From Candidatus Multivorans sp. (GTDB taxonomy: Bacteria > Acidobacteriota > Thermoanaerobaculia > Multivoradales > Multivoraceae), in NCBI GenBank assembly GCA_965238135.1, contig OZ250177.1, positions 2,336,599-2,400,598 on the forward strand: DNA of 64,000 nt, read 5' to 3'. Position numbers and translations under genes: made by a program. The notes beneath the pieces were generated by a model. That model had not been told where the DNA came from and did no database searches. It was given only the letters and a program-made list of their open reading frames with translations. Below, in pieces: positions 58,601 through 64,000 of this stretch. Position 1 is the stretch's first letter. Each line of letters opens with the position of its first letter.

Positions 58601-61600
58601 GCCGGAGCGGTACTCCCCGACCAGACCGCCGACATCGACCGAACCACCCGACACGAGACCGGTGGCATAGCTGACGATGACCGGACCGCGGGACGAGCCG
58701 ACCAGACCGCCGGTACGCTCGGTACCCGAGACGCCGCCGGTGGCGTAGCTGGCGGTGATGGCGCGGAAGGAACTCCCGACCAGACCGCCGACAACAAACT
58801 CACCCGACACCTGGGCAGTGGCATAGCTGCCGGCTATGGGGCCGCTGGATTTCCCGACCAGACCGCCGACCTGGTCAGGCAGTTGGTCGGGATCGTCCTG
58901 GCCCGCCACGCTGCCCGTCACGTAGCTGCCGGTGACGGCGGCCTGGGAAAACCCGACCAGACCGCCGATCCAGCCCCAGCCCGTCACATCCACGCCGATC
59001 AGACCGACGTTGCGGATGACGGCGGACTCATGCCAGGTCACGCCGAACAGGCCGACCATCGGCTCATTCCGCTCGATGAACAGGTTGGCGATGGCATGCC
59101 CGTTGCCTTCGAAGGTCGTCGCGAACGCCTCGTGGAAGGCGACGGAGCGTTGCCGAGGGGAAACGCTGAAACCACGGATCGGCACCCAGCCGGCGCCGGC
59201 GTTCCAGTACGCGTCGCCCGCATCGGCGGCGCCGTTCCTGTTGGTGTCGAAGTCCAGGTCGGCGAGCAGCTCGTACCCCCCGCACCCAGCGCCGCCGTCG
59301 CAGCCCATCCCTTCGACGGCGTCCGGAAAGGCCGCGGCGTAGGTGACGATCCCACCGGCCGCGGGGGCGCCGTCACCATTCAAGTCATGGCGCACGGCAT
59401 TGAGCTGCGCCAGGGTCCTGATATCGATCAGCCCGTCGTCATCGCTGTCGTAGTCGACGGCGGTCGCCGTCCACACCGCGACCGGAAACGACTGCGTCGC
59501 GCTCGTGTTCGATCCGCCGGCGTCGGTCGCCGTCACTGTGATCGTCGCGCGCCCTGCGGCTGCCGGCGCAATCGTCACCAGCGCTCCTGACACGCTCGTC
59601 GTGGCGATGGACGTTGAGGACGAGGACGCCGTGTAGGTCAGAGCATCGTCGTCCGGCTCCCGGAACGCCCCCGAGACGTCCACCACCAGCGTCGGCCCTC
59701 CTACGCGCAGCGTTCGGAGCGCCAACGCCCCCACCGCCACCGGCGACTGGTTGGCCACACCCGCGATCACCGCAACCGCCCCACTGCGCGTCGCTTCGCC
59801 GCCAGCGACCACGGCCGCCACCTGGTACGTATAGGCCGCGCCGGCGGTCACATCGGTATCGGTGTACGGCGAGTTGCCGACTCCCTCGGCAAGGGTCTCG
59901 AGGGTGGCGCCGTCGTCGCGGGTCAGGGTGTAGGTGACGCCCGGCGCCGGATTCCAGTGGCTCGCATCCACCGCCGTCCAGCTCAGGACCACCCGGGCCG
60001 CCCCGGCCGTCGTGGTCGCGGTCAGGGCCGGGCCGGCCCGAAGCTGATAGCCGAACTCCTGCCATGTCGCTCGCCCGTCGCCGTCCGTATCCGCCGACAG
60101 GGCCGGGTACTGGGTGCTCGTGCCGAAGGTCCAGGGGTGGTTGGGCAGGCCATCGGCGTCCAGGTCCGCGTCCCACGCCCGATAGATACCCTCGTAGCCG
60201 GTGGGGGTCTGCAGGGCGGCGGTCGTCAGGCCTCTGGCGAAGCCGCCGCCCGAGCCGATTCCCACGCGTACCCCGGAGGTCTCCAGATCCCAGTAGCCCT
60301 GGCGAACCCGCCAGGTGGAACCAAACACGTAGCCAATCAACCCACCAACTTCCGACGCGCCCGAGACTGCTCCCGTCGCGTAGCTGGCGGTGACGTTGAA
60401 GCTGCCTCGGCCAATCAGGCCGCCGGACCAGAAGGGTGCGGACACGGGCCCGGTGGCGTAGCTGCTCGTGATTTCGCCGCCGCCTCGTCCGACCAGGCCG
60501 CCGGCGACGTTCGTGCTCGCCGACACGCTGCCCGTGGCGTAGCTGCTCGTGATGTAGCTGCTCACCGACCCGACCAGGCCGCCAACGCTGGATTGCCCCG
60601 TTACAGTGACACTGGCGGCGCTGTTCAGAACGCCTGTCGGGCCCTGGCTGACCTCACCGGCGTAGCCGATCAGGCCGCCCACACGAATACGCCCGGACAC
60701 CTGGCCCGCGGCCTGGCAGCGTTCGACGTGCCCCGCGACCCCGGCCAAGCCGCCGACCGTATCGTCGCCGGTCACGTTCACACCGACCAGGCGGAGATCG
60801 CGAAGCGTTCCGTCGGCATGACCGAACAAGCCGACCGCCCTCAGCGCGGGCCGGTCGACGTACAGATTGGCCAGGGTATGGCGATTCCCCTCGAAGACGG
60901 CCGTGAAGGAGGCGTCGCTGTCGTTGTAGTAGGCGCTGCCTGTGTGGAAACCGATCGGCTGCCAGCCGGCACCATCGTTCCAGTACGTGTCGCCCGCATC
61001 CGCGGCGCCGCTCCCGTCGGTGTCGAAGTCCAGGTCCGCCGTCAGCTCGTAGCCGACACACCCGCCCCCGTCGGGGCAGCCCATGCCCGCCTTGCCATCG
61101 GGGAAGGCCGAGAAATACGCGGGCCAGGACGCCGCCATGTCCACCCCGCCGTCGCCGTCGAGGTCGTAGCGCAGGGCATCGAGCTGCGCCAGGCTGGCGA
61201 CCTCGATGAGACCGTCATTGTCGGCGTCGTAGTCCTGGTCGCCCGCCGTGACGGCAACCGTGAAGGTCCGCGTCGCTTTCAAGCCACCGGGGTCGGTCGC
61301 GCGCACCCTCATCGTCGCGGTGCCCGGAGCCACCGGCGTCAGCGTCAGTTGGGACCCGGTCAAGGCAGTCGTCACCCGGTCGGAGCCGATCAACCGCACC
61401 CCGTAGGTCAACACGTCGCCGTCCGGATCGGTGAACGCGCTCGCCAGGTCGATCGTCACCGCGGGGCCGCCCGCCGCCAACTCCCGGTCGGCCAGCTCAC
61501 CCACCGCGGTCGGCGCCTTGTTGCGGTCCGCCACCGCGACCGCCACCGCCGCCACCGCGGCCGGCGCCATCACGATGCCGGCGCCGGAATCTCGATCGAC

Positions 61601-63427
61601 GCCGGTTGCCTCGATATCGAGCGCCGACCCCGTCATCGCTGTGCGGAGCGCCGACTGCGTCACGTTGTTGGGGCCGCCGGCCGCCTCGAGCATCAAGGCC
61701 GCGATCGCCGCCCCGTGCGGCGCCGCCGCCGACGTGCCGGAGAACGGCGAGAAGCCGGGCGTCGACGTCGACACTCCATCGGCCGTGACGCCGTCCGGCT
61801 TCGCCACTTCCCTCCCGCCGGTCGACGAGAAGTTGCCTGCCGTGATCGCCGTGCCGTCCGGCTGGAAAAAGATCCGGCGCGGTCCGTCCGAGCTGTAGGT
61901 GCGGACGGACTCCGTGCCATTGAAGATGCCGCCGGCGCCGGCGGCGGTCCGGGCGTCGACGGCCCCCACGGTGATCGCGCTCGCTGCCGCAAAGTGCCCG
62001 AACACGTTGCCGGCGGTCGCCTCCTCCAACTGCCCTCCGATGGCGCTGAGGCGCAGGTAGCGATCCGCGTCCGCAGCATCGACCTTGACGACGACGAGAA
62101 AGGCGTCGGCGTGGTCCCGCGCCTGCGAGCTGATGGACTCGATCGGGTCCTGCGTGCCGTCCTGCGTATCCGTCGAGCTCGCAAGGACGTTGTCGTCCGC
62201 GTCGACCAGGAAGAGGTCGTAGTCGTTCGCGGACGCCCCCAGCGGGTCGGCCCACTGGAGAACGAACGAAGAGAGGCTGTCCTTGGTGATCTGGTTCTCG
62301 ACCGCGCTGGCGCCGAAGTCGTGCCGGACGCCGACCGCTTCGCCGTCCACGGTCATCGGGCTCCCCGCGGCGTAGTCGCCCTCCCAGACCCCGGACGTGC
62401 CATCGTTCAGATTGCCGGAATTGCCGGCAGCGGTGATGTAGGCACAACCTCCGGCGACCGCGGCGTTGACCCCCTGCGCCACGACGCCGTCCTGCAAGGT
62501 CGCCTCGGTAAAATAGAAGATGTCGTCGATGACGATGTCCGCCCCCGCCTCGCACAGCGACTCGACGTTCGCCGCGAACTGCGCCTGACCACCCTTCCCG
62601 GTGGCGAAGTACAGCTCGGCGCCCGGCGCGAGGTCATGGACGATCTCGAGCATCGCCGTCCCCTCGTCGCCCGATCCCGCCTGCCCGGGCAGCACCGTCA
62701 CCCGATCCGGAAGGTCGCCCGACGCCTGCCGGGTCGACAGCGTCCGGACGCCACTCGAAATGACGCCGATCCCGATGCCGGCGCCGTCGACGCCATGCGT
62801 CTGGCGCGCCGTGTTCGCCCCGTGAGCGACATCGCCCTCGGATGTGTTGACCGCCTGACTTCCGACGACAACCAGCGCCTCCGCGCGGAGGTCGGATGGA
62901 AACCCCCGCGTGAGGCTCGGTGTAGCCGCCTGGTCGGCAGCGCGGATGAACTGAACCGCGTCGAGTGCGGCGAGCGGCTCCACAGCGGCCAGCGGAAGGC
63001 GCGCCCGGATGGCCCGGTACTTCACCACGCTGTTGATCACGGTACCGCCCAGGGATTCGATGCGCGCCAGGACTTCGGTCGTGACGTCGGCCCGGATGTC
63101 CACCGTCACGCCCTCGTCCGCGGCGCGATCTTCCGGCTCACGCCCGTGTACAACATCGCCGGTCGTCGACGGCGCGATGGCGGCGGCCCGCCTCGCGGCG
63201 TCAGCCGCGTCCAGGAGCCGCGAGCCCACCTTCCGCTGCGCAGGCGTCCGCCGCGCTTTCGCCGCCAGCACCGCTTCGATCGACTGCCCGGCCGTCGCCT
63301 GGGGCGCGTCGTCGGTCTGTGCATGGGCGGTCCCAGCCAAGGCCAGCAGCGCCAGCACCTCCAGCAGTCGCCGGCCGGCCCGACCCGGCCGGATATCGCA
63401 CGGAGGAGTTCGCTGACGGTGGGACAT
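55622..63427 (-). CDS. Giant (~2600 aa) secreted multidomain protein: N-terminal subtilisin-like S8 peptidase, two GLUG-repeat blocks, four Calx-beta domains, PKD domain, Cys-flanked C-terminal domain shared with PhoA
   Basis: Subtilase Ser motif GTSAAAPHGAAIAAL and Asp/His regions; repeated SYATG.VSG....GGLVG units; Calx-beta-like GTLTFPAGTTG..I.V.DD..E..E.F.L.L x4; PKD WDFGDG...YEVTLWVSDG; start placed at ATG 63427 preceding signal peptide (ORF opens 63607). Confidence 0.85.
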   Translation of the reverse strand: MSHRQRTPPCDIRPGRAGRRLLEVLALLALAGTAHAQTDDAPQATAGQSIEAVLAAKARRTPAQRKVGSRLLDAADAARRAAAIAPSTTGDVVHGREPEDRAADEGVTVDIRADVTTEVLARIESLGGTVINSVVKYRAIRARLPLAAVEPLAALDAVQFIRAADQAATPSLTRGFPSDLRAEALVVVGSQAVNTSEGDVAHGANTARQTHGVDGAGIGIGVISSGVRTLSTRQASGDLPDRVTVLPGQAGSGDEGTAMLEIVHDLAPGAELYFATGKGGQAQFAANVESLCEAGADIVIDDIFYFTEATLQDGVVAQGVNAAVAGGCAYITAAGNSGNLNDGTSGVWEGDYAAGSPMTVDGEAVGVRHDFGASAVENQITKDSLSSFVLQWADPLGASANDYDLFLVDADDNVLASSTDTQDGTQDPIESISSQARDHADAFLVVVKVDAADADRYLRLSAIGGQLEEATAGNVFGHFAAASAITVGAVDARTAAGAGGIFNGTESVRTYSSDGPRRIFFQPDGTAITAGNFSSTGGREVAKPDGVTADGVSTSTPGFSPFSGTSAAAPHGAAIAALMLEAAGGPNNVTQSALRTAMTGSALDIEATGVDRDSGAGIVMAPAAVAAVAVAVADRNKAPTAVGELADRELAAGGPAVTIDLASAFTDPDGDVLTYGVRLIGSDRVTTALTGSQLTLTPVAPGTATMRVRATDPGGLKATRTFTVAVTAGDQDYDADNDGLIEVASLAQLDALRYDLDGDGGVDMAASWPAYFSAFPDGKAGMGCPDGGGCVGYELTADLDFDTDGSGAADAGDTYWNDGAGWQPIGFHTGSAYYNDSDASFTAVFEGNRHTLANLYVDRPALRAVGLFGHADGTLRDLRLVGVNVTGDDTVGGLAGVAGHVERCQAAGQVSGRIRVGGLIGYAGEVSQGPTGVLNSAASVTVTGQSSVGGLVGSVSSYITSSYATGSVSASTNVAGGLVGRGGGEITSSYATGPVSAPFWSGGLIGRGSFNVTASYATGAVSGASEVGGLIGYVFGSTWRVRQGYWDLETSGVRVGIGSGGGFARGLTTAALQTPTGYEGIYRAWDADLDADGLPNHPWTFGTSTQYPALSADTDGDGRATWQEFGYQLRAGPALTATTTAGAARVVLSWTAVDASHWNPAPGVTYTLTRDDGATLETLAEGVGNSPYTDTDVTAGAAYTYQVAAVVAGGEATRSGAVAVIAGVANQSPVAVGALALRTLRVGGPTLVVDVSGAFREPDDDALTYTASSSSTSIATTSVSGALVTIAPAAAGRATITVTATDAGGSNTSATQSFPVAVWTATAVDYDSDDDGLIDIRTLAQLNAVRHDLNGDGAPAAGGIVTYAAAFPDAVEGMGCDGGAGCGGYELLADLDFDTNRNGAADAGDAYWNAGAGWVPIRGFSVSPRQRSVAFHEAFATTFEGNGHAIANLFIERNEPMVGLFGVTWHESAVIRNVGLIGVDVTGWGWIGGLVGFSQAAVTGSYVTGSVAGQDDPDQLPDQVGGLVGKSSGPIAGSYATAQVSGEFVVGGLVGSSFRAITASYATGGVSGTERTGGLVGSSRGPVIVSYATGLVSGGSVDVGGLVGEYRSGEIRASYWDTQTSGQTTGSHGQGKTTAQLQTPTGYSGIYRTWNVDLDGDGVTDSPWHFGSATQYPILSVDVNGDGKATWEEFGDQAPRPPGATVAPQALSLREGSTGTYTVALHSRPSAPVTLAVTVPANTDVSVDRQALTFTTNNWRLAQTIEVTAVADLDAVADAPVAISHTASGGGYQDVSVDAVTVTIGETDRRAVVISEPSLLVPEAGTRSYTVVLTSQPTAAVEVRLTTDLAHTDVSVDRTVLTFTQSNWSRAQGIEVTAADDSDGVADAPVTIRHAASGGDYGLVPVPSVKVTIVENDTPTLSVEDAWATEGVGEMVFEVALSSASSAEVTVKYASLGGVPGDDRASVGSDYTAVYGTLTFPAGTTGVREIHIVVVDDLVDEEEEETFTLRLFDARGAPLAGGGPRLTAVGTIRDDDDPEVVVSFGKTSYEVTEGGSVQVSVNLSADPERRVVIPLVKTPRGGVEELDYSGLPSSVVFASGETEREFPFTATDDSEDDDGEAVVLSFGTLPARVSGGGGTTLAILDNDGDRGGGGGGGGGGSGSPRPMVSVEGSEASESAGAVVFAVMLSAASSSAVTVDYATADGAGSAGARAGSDFTATSGTLTFPARTTAAQLIRVAITDDGNDEAEAETFTLTLRNPANASLAGGGAELQVTGTIRDDDDPEVSVSFGSSGYEVSEGGTVRVSVQLSGDPERELTIPLVHTHLGGAMDADYSGVPASVVFSSGTTTREFEFSATDDSDEDYGESVVVGFGDLPSGVSGGAGTTVSIQDDDTPPMATIDVGGAACDAELCRAVTGQSVRFTDRSNGPIQSRRWDFGDGAELGARTLDRSWSEPGFYEVTLWVSDGMRESTASRTFLVESSDPAGTCEADPETRCLQDSRYSVVVDWWNGEGHSGRGIVVHAGTNDSGLFRFFDRDNWEVLIKVLDGCALNGHVWVFGASTTDLGYLIRVTDTVTGTAKEYRNEPGLPAPAITDATAFAEGCEP

Positions 63428-63533
63428 TTCCGGCGGGAACCTGCGCGGTAGACGGCACGAGGTGGCCGTGGAGGCGCGCGGAGTCGTACTCGTCGTTGTA
63501 CGCCCCGGCAACCTCAGCCCTCTGGGGGCCGCG

Positions 63534-64000
63534 CTAAGCCTTCGTGACCCCCGGCACCGCCACCGCATAGCGGCCATTCTCATCGGGCAGCGTCGGAGGG
63601 GCGGCATCCCAAGCGTAGGTCGCAGGCGCCAGCGACTCGTTCGACTCGATCGTTTCCTTCCAGGTGATCTTCTTTCCGCTGTAGGTCGCCATGCGGCCCA
63701 TCACCGAGGTCATCGTGGCAACGGCGCCGTTCTTCGCTTCGTTGAACGGCTTGCCCTCGCGGATCGCCTCGAACAGACGATCGTGCTCGACCTGGTAGGG
63801 GCTCTTCTCGTCTTCCGGCGCCCGGTGGTTCCAGCCGCCGGGCGCCTTGATCAGCCCCGATGCCAGACTCGCCCGGCCCTTGCTGCCGTGGGCGTATTCG
63901 GCGACCTGGTCCCAGCAGTTCTGAATGTGCCGGCACTGGCTGAGCATCACGGCGCCGTCGTCGTAGGTGTACTCGACGAAGTGGTGATCGAAGATCTCGC
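63534..64000 (-). CDS. Partial (5' end beyond window) Gfo/Idh/MocA-family oxidoreductase, C-terminal region
   Basis: The six-frame track lists a 138-aa ORF (63534..63950); by eye the minus-strand frame stays open to the window edge. Its C-terminal sequence (HDRLFEAIREGKPFNEAKNGAVATMTSVMGRMATYSGKKITW) resembles Gfo/Idh/MocA C-terminal domains. Confidence 0.55.
   Translation of the reverse strand, partial: EIFDHHFVEYTYDDGAVMLSQCRHIQNCWDQVAEYAHGSKGRASLASGLIKAPGGWNHRAPEDEKSPYQVEHDRLFEAIREGKPFNEAKNGAVATMTSVMGRMATYSGKKITWKETIESNESLAPATYAWDAAPPTLPDENGRYAVAVPGVTKA

Noticed and set aside
57758-63451. Plus-strand ORFs of 610 aa (57758..59590) and 1164 aa (59957..63451), and minus-strand Gly/Arg-rich ORFs 57639..58370 and 59439..60176
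   Set aside because: All lie inside the giant subtilase gene, which has coherent domain structure on the minus strand; their translations are low-complexity Arg/Gly/Pro.

Overview
This is a high-GC (~68-70%) bacterial chromosomal segment that is densely coding, with strong GC3 codon bias in the genes I judge real. Because of the GC content, most long ORFs in the six-frame track are antisense artefacts. I called genes by protein-family recognition, GC3 bias, ribosome-binding sites and stop/start coupling; all identifications are by eye and no database search was run.

Core content is housekeeping: fprA-like ferredoxin reductase, pruA, mscS, typA, a DEAD-box helicase, two tandem Zn alcohol dehydrogenases, pheA, lhgO, prolyl oligopeptidase, mpg, an mmsB-like dehydrogenase, glnS, gltX, galE, mdh, ferritin, an MFS transporter, a 2-hydroxyacid dehydrogenase, an acyl-CoA synthetase and the fused isobutyryl-CoA mutase icmF.

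Accessory and unusual content:
- Two HEPN/MNT toxin-antitoxin-type pairs in opposite gene order (19.7-20.5 kb and 34.5-35.2 kb).
- A YhaO/YhaN-like Mre11/Rad50-type nuclease-ATPase pair whose ATPase carries a transmembrane hairpin inside the coiled coil (23.8-28.0 kb).
- A lower-GC two-gene islet with an XRE-type helix-turn-helix protein (15.1-15.7 kb).
- An ISL3-family insertion sequence with a frameshifted transposase and an 8-bp target duplication, inserted exactly at the start codon of a secreted metzincin protease (45.0-46.4 kb).
- A diverged ~250-bp duplicate of the icmF 3' end that, together with the intact icmF 3' end, brackets an alkaline-phosphatase cargo gene (49.07-51.6 kb).
- A ~2600-aa secreted subtilase / GLUG-repeat / Calx-beta / PKD protein (55.6-63.4 kb). 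It shares a ~115-aa Cys-flanked C-terminal domain with the phosphatase; this looks like an unrecognised secretion or sorting tag.
- A structured ~100-150-bp intergenic repeat present as two loci (21.5 kb and 30.9 kb), and a frameshifted carboxypeptidase-regulatory-domain gene (35.3-37.8 kb).

No rRNA, tRNA or CRISPR array is evident.
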